A DNA stretch of 64,000 nt from Hydrolagus colliei. Its lineage: Eukaryota. Under the pieces are notes generated by a model. The model was not told the origin of the DNA, did not search any database, and saw only the letters and a program-made list of their open reading frames with translations. Shown here piece after piece: positions 24,461 through 35,790 of this stretch (position 1 is the first letter of the stretch; the number at the start of each line of letters is the position of its first letter). The DNA lies in contig CM068746.1 of assembly GCA_035084275.1 (NCBI GenBank), positions 29,140,001 to 29,204,000 on the forward strand. The letters are read 5' to 3'. Position numbers and translations under genes: made by a program.

Positions 24461-27400
24461 GTATGCTGTTGCACTTTACATTTCAAGCCCATTGCTACAA
24501 AAAATATGCTGTTGACTGGTGCAACAATGACATTTGGCCTAGTCAGTGTCACTCGGTTGAGAGTTGGAGGATTTGGGGCACAGTCTAAGAGCAGAAGATT
24601 TAAGTAACAGGTCTTTGTGAATAATGCAGATACAGGTTAGTTATTTAACTTATCAATCAGAAGAAATCTTCCACCCAAGTGGTGAATTTGTGGAATGGAT
24701 TCCACTGGCCTGAATCTGCTTCTGACCATTTAATACTATAGGAATACATTTAATACTTTCTTGAATTGGTTGATTTGATATCTTGGAGTTTTGCATGTTT
24801 ATTATAAGGAGCTTGGAGACATTTTACAGCATTTTAACTTCCTGGATCTTATACCGTTGACAGGTGAGACTGAGATAGGTGGAAAAAATTATATGCCCAT
24901 TGTACATGGTCGTTGGAGGGAATAGAATTTGATGGAATATAGAACTGTTCCTCTTTCCTACGAACCTATGATTGAAGATGTTATGATAGGAGCCCAGAAA
25001 TATGCAGCAGAACAACCTGTTAACAATTCATCACAACCTAGTGACATTGGGAAAGGACAAACACCAAAGTGCAAGCAGTGGTGGCTCAAGCAACAGCAAC
25101 ATCTGTTATCAATCAGTGATACTGGACATTGCCCCCAATGCTCCAGAAATTGGGGGTGGTGTGGAGCATTTTATCTATGACATATGCCAACACTCAATTT
25201 CCAGATATGGTACAGGCACTCTTTTCCTCAATGGAACAGTGTTCTGAGGGGAGGTCTTTGTTGAGTTTTTTTTTGCCTCATTAATAACGATGGTCATTTA
25301 AAAAAACACCTGACTCAGAAATTGTGCCAATTGGATGGTACAGAGATTCCATGGTAGAAGGTGGACTGTCCTACTCCTGGGGAAAGAACAGGATGACTGA
25401 ATTTTTCAGCTATCCAGACATGTGTAGACAATGACAAGAAAATAGGATAAGATGTATAGGCATAGGCTCAATCAGCCAATTAGAACAAGGTTAAAATGGT
25501 GGAAGAATACTGTGACTGCTCCTATTCCTCACGCACATGAATAACGTGGATTATCAAACCCAATGGAAAGTAGTTACATTTGCATAAACCACCAAATTGA
25601 AGGGGAATTTAGAATCAGAGGAGGCAGCAACATTTTACAAAGGGAGATTGATTCAGTATGCATATAATCTGATCTCTGTGAAAGAGTCTCAGAATGCTAA
25701 AAATATTTTTTTTACTATAAAGTAAAGTAACAAAGTGAATTTGAAGTTCAACATAAATAAATGCAAGGTACAGGAATACAGTAAACTATCTTATCAGACT
25801 CTGGATATCTGGAATTCGAACCCTGCAAGACTAGACCAAAAGCCAAATTTTAAAAAAATTCTGCAGACGTCCAACTCAACTCTCCTCGCACACGCTGAGC
25901 AGCCTTATTCTCTTTGCTGGCCTTCACAGTGGCTAAGGATATTGAATTAGACTCAGATTGTTTGACTCACACAGGCAGAAAATAGATTATTCGCTATATT
26001 TTTAAATGCCGGTACCGGCATTGCATGGAGTGTTGGCCGATGCAGTTCCAAAGACCTGACGTTCCAAAGCGGGTCATGAACCCATTTCCTTCTGTCTCAG
26101 AGATGAGAATATCACCAAATCGGCTGCCAGTCTTCTTACAAATACAGTCAAAAAGCTTCACATAAAACTGTCAATGTGATAACAGGTACAATACCAAAAA
26201 TAAAGATTATTATAATGTCATTCAGTAAACTCTAGCTAAAAATATAATGTAATTCAACAAAATAGTTTTGTTGATCTTGTTTATATATGAGGTATAACTA
26301 ATGTAATATGTAAGAATTGCTGCATTTGATGTAGTGCCTTTCACATTAGCCTTGATTTCAGAGCATTTTACAGGATTTACGATGTATTTGTTGGTAAACT
26401 AAGCAACCAATGCCAATGGTCAGATTAATTGTAAGGTTATCCCTTGAGAACGTGTTTTGTTGGCCACTTCTTATACTTCTTATAGTAGAGATGAATACTC
26501 TATTATATCTCTTGAATAAAATAGGTTGTGTGTTTTGCTAAATATAATGTTTGTGTGGACTGATAGTAAGTGTGTGGCACTTGAAATTCTGGTTTAAATT
26601 GACATGATCCAGGTCTTCACTGACTATTTTGACAGCGAGAACATACATTGTGTGCAGAGGTGTAAAATTAAAAACCTTAAGTGGAAATAGAGATTAGATT
26701 TTTTTCCTACATACAGTATAAGGATATATGGAACAGGTGCCCAGCAGAAGCAATGTACAGTATACTTCATTATTTTTTAAAGTAAGAAGCAATCTTTGTT
26801 TCAAGATTTCAACAAATCCCTTGTGTGTCTTGGAATATCCCAGGGCATGATCTTCAGCAAAGAGCAGGGGAGGGATAGTCACCAAAACACTTGTTGTAAC
26901 AACTTGCATTTAGAGAGTGCCCTTCATGTAGAGTAGCATCTCGCAACAATCAGAGATATATGGACAGAGATAGATGGGTCTAGATTTACGCTCTCAATGT
27001 AGTGTTTCAAAGCGTAGAGAACTTGGCACATTCTTACATTCTTTATTTTTTCAGTCCAATTTTCTGTAAGTTTCTGTGGAGAATGTGAGAAAAACAACTT
27101 CAAAGTTATGAATGAATATGTGTGTCAAGGCTGGCGCAGTTGGTAGCACTCTCACCTCTGAGTAAGAAGGTTGGGGTTCAAGCCACATATCGGGACTTGG
27201 AACTCATATTGACTAAGTTGATACTCCATTGCAATGCTGGAGGTCTGCTCTGTTGTCGCAGGTCATACTTCAGATAAGACATTAAACTAAGCTCTTGTTT
27301 TCCTGTTCCTATGCTATTCAAAAATTTTTGTGCACAAATTAGCTTCTGTGCCCACAAACCAAAAACAACAAAATTACATTTATAGAGCAACTTTCATGTC

Positions 27401-28169
27401 GGGATGACGTCCCAAGGCGCTGAAACACATAGTCACTACATGTTACAGTATATCCTGTGAAGCACTTTGGGACACACTCCCGAGGTGAAAGGTGCTACCT
27501 AAAATGTAGGGATGATTATTATAATTGTTAATTCAACAAGCTGCCAAATTCAGGATTTTCTAAAGTGCTTCTTTTCTAAAGTAAATCTAGGCCCAGGTGG
27601 AATTTTATCCCAATAGAGTTTTAAATTTTTTCCACAGCATCTGTTGATTACAACCATAATAAAACTCTGAAAGGTGCAAAAAAATTGGACTGAGATCCTC
27701 AGGCCAAAAATCGTCTCTGGCATCCTGAATGCCACTTTGAGCACTCAGCTGGAACAATATTTAGCAGGATTTGTGCTGTTTCGACAGTGTGATATTTGTG
27801 AACGATAGCTGTGTAAAGAAAGGCCATTTAGAAGCAGTTGGATCCTTCATCATTGAATATTTACTTGTTTAACATTATTTCATTAGTGGTTTGGCACAAA
27901 CCTGTCCTTTCCATACTTTGATACAAATGTTTGAAAAGTGTTTGAATAAGAATGTGTGATTTTGTCTGAGGCCCTGTGTGGTTTGGGCTTTGGATAATGT
28001 TGCTGTTGGTGGTGTAAAGTTAATGGATCTGAACCATTGCAAATCTTTGAAATAGTTTTCCAATCCAAAGTGTAGGTTCAGTGATGTTCAATTACACTGT
28101 GAGAAGTCACTCGATTAAAATTATAGCAGAGCCTTTGCACAAACTATGAATAGAAATAACATTCCTTGT

Positions 28170-28420
28170 CATTGATGTAAGAGGAGAAATGTTTTCACAG
28201 AGAGTTGTTCGGATCTGGAATGCATTGCCTGAAAGGTTGGTGGAAGCCAATTCAATAACAACCTTAAGAGAGATGTAGATAATTATTTTGGGAGGACAAG
28301 TTTGCAGGGCTAAGGGGAGAGAGAGTGGGAGTGGGATTGATTTTGACAACTCTTTTCAAGAGCCAGCACAGACACAATGGGCAGAATTATACATTCTGTG
28401 CTGTATAATACTATGATTTT
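28170..28420 (+). mobile_element. CR1-clade LINE 3' end
   Basis: FSQRVVRIWNALPERLVEANSITTLREM*IIL-like CR1 ORF2 end, then gagccagcacagacacaatgggc...ttctgtgctgtataatactatgattttatga. Similar ends at ~11040-11360 (+), ~58205-58330 (-) and ~1-110 (-). Confidence 0.8.
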
Positions 28421-30530
28421 ATGACTTAGGTCTGTGATAGGCTCCTCTTTGGAGGATTTTACTCTTTAGAAGATTTTCACACAACTGAAGATCATATCGT
28501 TCACCAATTGCAGCATTATTTCCTCCTGACACACATAAAGGCATGTACATGTGCACTAATAGAAATATGTGCAGTCCCATAAACCCACCTACAGCAGAAA
28601 TTGTACACAAACCTTGGCAAGGATTGAGCCATCTAACTGCCCCCAAGACAAGCTGAGAAAACAAATCAATCATCTGCCACTGAACTACCGTAAGAATGGA
28701 TTCCCAGTCCACCAGAAGAACAACAACAAAATTACATTTATAGAGCGCCTTTCATGTTGGGAGGACGTCCCAAAGCGCTGAACACCAGAACAAGATCAGG
28801 AATTACATCGGCACAGACTGACAGGTAGGGAATAGTTAAAAGAGGAAACAAAACTGCAGATTTTAAATTAAGCCAATCAATTGCAACCACAGATAGCACT
28901 TATCTGCCTGTTTTGGTTGATAACAGGGAAAGTACATGTTGGGATTTGCACAGAAAAACTGAATGCACGCAAAGTCTCAAATCCTTGCATCTATACCAAC
29001 AAGTATTTGAACTTGAACCACATCTGTTATGAAATGGTCAAAGTTTTTGCATTGCTAACTTTTTGGATGAAAATGTAAGATGGTCCTCTCCTCTCATGGA
29101 ATATTATTCTTATGTCTAAAACACCAAACTGAATCTTCGGACTTTGCTGAAAGCTTTCTTTTCAATTTCAATTGAATTATACATGTTTCTGAGGTCATAT
29201 ATCTACGGCAAAGCTGTTGTGCCTCAAATATGCCTCAGGGGGAGTGTCAACATTTCCATTAAATGTACCTCTATGATAACTGATTGAGAATTTAGCCAAA
29301 GGAACTTATCTGTGCTTTTGAAAGTGGGAATTATTATGAGTAACTAAATAGAGAGGATTTATAATCCCTTGTAAGGGCATATCCCTCATAAACACAAAAC
29401 CTGACGATATTATCTGTATTACCACAAAGGATCTTTTGATTATCTCCAGGTGAGTTATAGATATTTTTGATAAAAGAACAAGTTCCATGCTTTCATTGCA
29501 TACTGTTGCTACTAAATGCAAGCACTTTTGTTCTAAATTTATTTGGAATAATGATATGCTAGTTTCTGAACCAAATGTCCTTTTATGATATTAAATTCGA
29601 CAAACGTAGCCAGTTAGCAGGTTAGCACTTAATACGTTGTTGTCCCACATTTTGATTGAATGTGCAACAGGACAGACATTCATCAATGGCCAGACTCTGG
29701 ACACAAGTACTGTACTTAATGCTTAAAATAAAATCTGCGGGGTGGGAGGAGAGAGGGGGAGTCACCTGCAAAGAGATAGAGATTAGTTGGAATAAAGCTA
29801 CTGAATAGTCTGAATGGAGATTTTACTTGAATGCTCAAGGAGTTTTGAATCAGAATTTTCTCCAAGGAGGTAGAGTAGCTGGACTGAAGTTTGTGAAAGG
29901 AGTTGGCTCTGCTTGGGTCAATGGAAGGATCAGGCGTGATGGATCAGGGGTTCTTTCACTTTCCATCCCTTTTTTGGCACTGTTGGCACTGATGTTATTG
30001 TGATTGATGGTTATTGGCACCAAATCACATTTTAAACTTGCAATAGAGCAATTCTGGATGCAATTTTCACAGCAGCAGAATTTTTAAAATATATATGATA
30101 GCATCCCATTCTCATTATCAGTCACTCTGAATACATTTGTATTCATTTTCATTTGTATCTTTTCTCCCTCTATTTAGTGAGCGAAAGGACAGGGTAGACA
30201 CTATTACACTAATACTATGGCACTATTTAAAAAGGGTACGGATTTTAGATTAAATCCGGGATATTTGGTAGCACTCTTGCCGCTGAGTCAGAAGTTTGTG
30301 GGTTCAGCAAGTGAAGAAACAATTCACTACTCACAGAAAGCTAGTGATCCTCAGGCCCGTACGCAGGGGGGGTGCGACGGGTGCGTACGCACCCCCCCAA
30401 ATTATAAAAGGTCCACATTTTCCGGGGTAGAGAATTGTATTTTTTATCAAATTTAAATACCAAGTAAAGTAAATTTATTGAGCATTTGTGTAACAATCAG
30501 TTCTTCAAAACTATGTATAAATTATAAACT

Positions 30531-31200
30531 CACATCTTTGAATGTTTTAGTATTAATATAAAATTATCGAGTCGCGCACCAGAATCGGCGTCTACCCAAA
30601 ACATACCGCGTCAATAGACGAGTCAATGACGCGGCGAGTCTGTGACTCGTGACTGGATAAACATAGGCGCGCGCCAAGACTCAAATCCTCGTTTGGAAAT
30701 CATCCCGTATACAGCCACAAGGGTAGCACCACTTCTGGAAGCTAAAATCATCTTTTCATCTGATCACCGTAAGTAAAAATTGCTCAAGTTTTGAGAGGTG
30801 TGACTGTAATGCTAGCAAACAATGACAACATATTTACAAGCTTCTGAGAAATTAAAGCTTTTGAGAAACCAACAAAAAAGTTATATGTGTCTGGACGGGA
30901 ATGCCTATCTTTAAAAGAAATACTCATGGACGTAGGCCTATGCTTTAGCGCCTATTATAAATACACATCTTTGAATGTTTTAGTATTAATATAAAATTAT
31001 CGAGTCGCACAGCAGAATCGGCGTCTACCCAAAACATACCGCGTCGATAGACGAGTCAATGCCGCGGCGAGTCTGTGACACACTGCATAAACATAGGCGC
31101 GCGCCAAGACTCAAATCCATCCTCGTTTGGAAATCATACAGCCACAAGGGTAGCACCACTTCTGGAAGCTAAAATCATCTTTTAATCTGATCACCGTAAG
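30531..31200 (+). repeat. ~240-bp direct duplication inside the hAT 5' region (30531-30773 and 30964-31200)
   Basis: Both copies run cacatctttgaatgttttagtattaatataaaattatcgagtcgc...tctgatcaccgtaag, with a few substitutions and small indels. Confidence 0.95.
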
Positions 31201-31322
31201 CCTGGTATATACCTCATGAGTCACCTAATCTCCTGGTCAAGGTTTGCGTAAGTGTCCAGCATTCTGCTGAAGTTGCCGAGCCCCTTATAATTATACAACA
31301 TAGGTCTACTCATTTCGTTAAT

Positions 31323-33611
31323 GATATCGGATACATCATAAATGCTACTCTGAGCCCTGAGGAGTTGACCAATGCAATTGAAAAACTTGAAGTTGCATAT
31401 AAACACCATCTCTTGACAAGCCACTTCATCCCATCTGAAGATTACATTTTCCCGTCACGGTTCCTTCACCATTGTCAGCGCCAGTTCAAGATGAGATACT
31501 TGCGAGATTATAAATGGATGGTCTACAGTCCTTCATTAGATGCTGCCTTTTGCATTCACTGTGCACTGATGGTCCAAACAAGTGAGAGGAAACGGATGGG
31601 GGCATTTGTTAATACACCCTTTACCATGTTTTACAAACTAAACGAGAAGGCGAAGGAACATGAACGAAATGGTTATCACGTAAATTCAATGATTAGATCG
31701 GCATCAATGCACGACTCTGTTGCGAACCCACAACATAAGATAGACATTCGTTTGGTCGATGAAAAGAAGAAAAACATTGAAAGAAATCGACATATCATAA
31801 GAACAGTTGCCGAAGCTGTATTATTCTGTGGACGTCAGTGCATTGCACTTAGAGGAGATAATGAAAGAGTCGTGGAAAGTAACACCATTACGAGTGACGG
31901 CACACATTACAAAGGTAATCCGGGAAACTTTCTGGCAGCCCTACAGATGATTGCGAAGCATGACGAGGTTCTTCGACATCACCTTGCTAGTATTGGGCTC
32001 GCAAATAGGAATTGTAAATATACCTCACCTAGAATACAGAACGATATCATCACAATCATCGGCCATGATATAATCCGCAGTGATTTGATCGATGAAATCA
32101 AAGCTGCTCGATGGTTTAGTGTAATTGCTGATGAGGTAACTAGCGGCAACAAAGAGGAGCTCGCCCTTTGTTTCCGTTTCGTTGACAGAAATAAAGATAT
32201 CAGGGAGGAATTTCTGTCTTTTCTTAAATTGCCAAGGATCACCGGTGAAGTCATCGCCAGTACCATCTTGGACTTTCTAAAGATGACGGGCCTTGATGCC
32301 ACTAATATCCGTGGACAAGGCTATGACGGAGCTGCAAACATGTCAAGCGATAATGTTGGTGTTCAGCGACGAATAAAACAGCAGTCACCAAAAGCTGTAT
32401 ACGTTCATTGTAGTGGTCATTGCCTAAACTTGGTAATAGCGCATTCATGCTCCCTCCCCCGCACATGAAGCACAATTGACAAGCTAAAGGCATGCTGCCG
32501 GTTCTTCCTGGCTAGCCCAAAGCGCAATGGTCTCCTGCAATCGATTATTAGAAAGGCTTTGCCAGAGCTAACAAAACATCGAAAGGGGCTTCTTGACTTG
32601 TGCAAGACACGATGGGCTGCCAGACACGAGGCATATACTCATTTCTATCAGGCATATATCTACATCATTACAGCATTGGAGAATATTGTTCATGGTGCCA
32701 ACGTCGAATCATGTGGCATAGATTTTAGGGAAGCTAGTTGGGATCCAAAGAGTCGCTGTGATGCAGCATCTCTATTGGCAAGTCTCACTTCCTTCGACTT
32801 CATTGTGACATTTCTTACGATCTATCACTTCTTGTCACATCTCGCTGGCATAACAGTAAAATTGCAAGGGCAGAATGTAGAAATCATCAAGGCTTACAGT
32901 GAGATCTCAACCATGAAAGCGATATACACAGCGCTCTGCGATGATGTAGAAGTCGAATTTTCAAGAACGTATAAGCAAGCTGTTAGAATGGCTAATGCTG
33001 TCAACGTCATGCCATCAATGCCACGGACTGTTGGTCGGCAGACCATGCGTAGTAACGTGCCTGCAGCTACACCTGAGGAGCATTATCGTCGAAACATTGC
33101 GATTCCATTCCTAAGCCACATCCATTCTGAGCTTGACTCACAGTTTTCCGATTTATCGGTGCTTTCATCAAGGCTATTGGGATTAGTCCCGTCAGTGTTA
33201 TGTGGGGATGATGTACCATCACTCGAAGAGGTAGTTGAATTATATGCAGAAGATATGCACTCACCGGAAGTATTCCCACAAGAATTATTCAGATGGAAAC
33301 ACAGATTCCTAGCATTATCCTCTGACCAACGTCCATCCACAGCAGCAATGATGGAGTGTGATGATGACATGTTCCCTAATATCTCTGTGCTTCTAAGATT
33401 GTGTTGCACAAGTTGCGAATGTGAACGAAGTGCAAGTGCTTTACGCAGATTACACAGCTACCTACGAGCAAGCATGACGCAAGAACGACTTTCAGCACTC
33501 GTGTTAATGCACATTCATTATAATATGGAAATCGATATTGGTAGAGCGGTTGACGTATTCGCTTCAAAGCAACCAAGGTGTCTCGAATATAGAACGCTAT
33601 TAAAGAATTAA
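31323..33611 (+). pseudogene. hAT transposase, disrupted
   Basis: ORFs 31365-32468 and 32559-33611 are in one frame, separated only by TGA at 32466-32468. Motifs: TTF-type Zn finger (WMVYS..FCIHC..HERNGYH), IALRG..GNFLA, YTSPRIQN, catalytic IADEVT and GYDGAANMS, HCSGHCLNL, TRW, and CERSASALRRL in the C-terminal dimerisation domain. The frame is open from 31200 but has no upstream ATG, so the start is probably spliced. Confidence 0.92.
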
Positions 33612-35174
33612 TTTCCCCTCCCTTATTTTTTCAAGTATTTTTTCGTCAGATCAGTATTGCTTGATGGGTCACTTCCTTTAATTTTGATTCTAAATAAATA
33701 AATCAAAACTAACTACACTATTGCTCACAGTTCAACGATATTTTCAGGATAATGCTGATAACAGGCTTGTAACACGTGTGAATTAACTGTTTTACACTGA
33801 TTTTCAGTTTCTGTATATTTTCTTGTCTTTTATAAAATTTGCTTTGCTGGAATATCTGAGCACATAATTCATACTTTACTCTTACATTATTGTTCATTAC
33901 AGTCCGAAAGAAATTGAGTCTTAGGATAACAATGCAGAACAACTTATTAATTACTGTCAATCTGTAGTTTATGATCATTTTCTCTTACACGCATACATTT
34001 ATCAAGCATTCGTCATTGTACTGTTTTAATTGGATTGTAATTTACTTTATCGTTCACATTCCGTACATCATCGAGTCAACAATCGTGTTTGCTTTTATCG
34101 GCGAACATATTCGACCTTCCCAAAAAATTTAGACACGGACTACCGGGGAAAATAAAAACACTGAATAAATAATGATGCTCTTAAACACCAAGGGCATGAA
34201 ACATTTACCGTTCATATTGGATCTTCTGAACCGATTAAATAAGACCTCAAACTGTGTAAAACGTCGGAGCCTCGAGGGAGCTTCGGGGGCAGCCCGCAAG
34301 CCCCCGGCCATTGTTGGTCCCATCGCTAGCAATTCGCACCCCCCCAAAAAAAATCCTGCGTACGGCCCTGATCCTGTAAAGTCCCAACAGAACATTACAA
34401 AATGACATAATGAGGTTGAGGCAATTGCATTGTAAACTCACGTGCCAAAGGATTTTAAGAATAAATTCAGTAGCAATATTACCTGAGAGCTCAAAAGTTG
34501 CCATCCAAGTGGAATGGATGTATGGTGTGTGATCATTGTGGTTCTTTCCCCCGCCTTGCTGTTTTTCAAGCTCCTTTGGCATATTGTAACATGAGTAATT
34601 CCAGCACTAGATTACTGTCTTTTACAGCTAAAGACTTCTGATGATGGTGAGTACTGATTATGCAGCATTAAGGATTTTCTGAAGTGCGATCAACTTCCTC
34701 ATGTGAATTATAAAGCTGCCAACTTCAGAGAACACAATTAAATCTACTTTTGCAAAAGCCTTAAAACCAGTTGATGTTGCTTTTATTTTTCTTCTATAGC
34801 ACCTATAGTCAACTCTCCCTTTTCCGTTGCTCGGTGTCCAACCCCGCCATTGTGAAGCACTGCAAGACATTATCTTGCATGAAGGGTGCTATATAAATAA
34901 AGTTGTTGGTGACGGTTTATTCCTCTGAATTTTACAGCCTGTTCTTACAAATATTAATCTGGGTCAGTTGGTAGCACTCTTGCCTCCGAGTCAGTCGCAA
35001 CTCGCGACTTTGAATTCACAATCAATAGTGGCACTCCAATAACATAGCTGGGCTTGTCGGACGTGCTGTCCTTCAGATAATACATTAAAATAGCATCCCG
35101 TCTGCCTGTTCAGATGTATGTTAAGGATTCTATGGCACTGTTTAAAAAGGGTACGAATTTTTGAATACAATGCA

Positions 35175-35790
35175 AAATTGCATTTCTATAGTGCTTATCA
35201 TGTTGGCGGGACATCCCAAGGTGCTTGACTGGACAGTCAAGGATTTGGACCTGAGCTGGAGGTCGGGATTGGGGAGGGTAGAGGGCAGGGAGGGTTGGAA
35301 GGCTGGGTTAAAGAGGAGGGTTTTTGAGAAACGCCTTTATCCCTGTATCCTGGCCAACAATCCCTCATACAAAATTGGTTGTTTACTTTATGATTGTTCA
35401 TGAATGCAAATTGACAGCCTTCTTAACCTACAAAATACACTTTACAATAAATGCTGCAAAGTGCTTTGAGATGTATTAAAGCAACAACAAAATTACATTT
35501 GTAGAGCAACTTTCATGTCTGGAGGACATCCCAAAGCATTGAACATTCAGGGGTCAGGACCCGAGCAGAGGTGGAGGTGGGGCAGGGTTGGGATGAGGGA
35601 GGGCAGAGAGGTAGGAGGGCGACTGAAGGTATGGTTGAAGTGGCGGATCATGAATCTGGTCTTGAAGGAGGCAAGGGAGGGAGAAAGGCAGAGGGATTGT
35701 GGGATTCAGTTCCAAAGCGTAGGGGCAGAGAGGCTGAAGGCCGATGGTAGGGTGGGTCTGGATGGTGACATGGACCAGGGAGGAGCCTAA
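35175..35790 (-). mobile_element. Two L2 3' fragments with an intervening SINE fragment
   Basis: caacaacaaaattacatttgtagagcaactttcatgtctggaggacatcccaaagc tail at 35482; similar tail at ~35175; purine-rich L2 3' body. Confidence 0.7.

Larger units (their letters stand above)
30352..34370 (+). mobile_element. Near full-length hAT-superfamily DNA transposon (Tip100/THAP12-ZMYM1-like transposase)
   Basis: Left end CAGGCCCGTACGCAGG (30352-30367); right end CCTGCGTACGGCCCTG (34355-34370), 15/16 inverted match. ATCCT flanks both ends directly. Internal transposase reading frame; CpG-rich relative to the host. Confidence 0.93.

Noticed and set aside
27361-27520. Hairpin-like inverted repeat
   Set aside because: Explained by an L2 tail stub (minus) next to a SINE tail (plus), which share a homologous 3' end.
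31255-31310. In-frame CNTN1-transposase fusion by splicing from exon F
   Set aside because: The nearby AG acceptors (31259, 31303) are phase 0 and phase 2 relative to the transposase frame, whereas exon F ends in phase 1; their pyrimidine tracts are also weak.
31365-33611. Two separate genes, or a domesticated THAP12/ZMYM1-like host gene
   Set aside because: One reading frame broken by a single stop, enclosed by TIRs and a flanking duplication, with a deletion near the catalytic Glu: a transposon copy.
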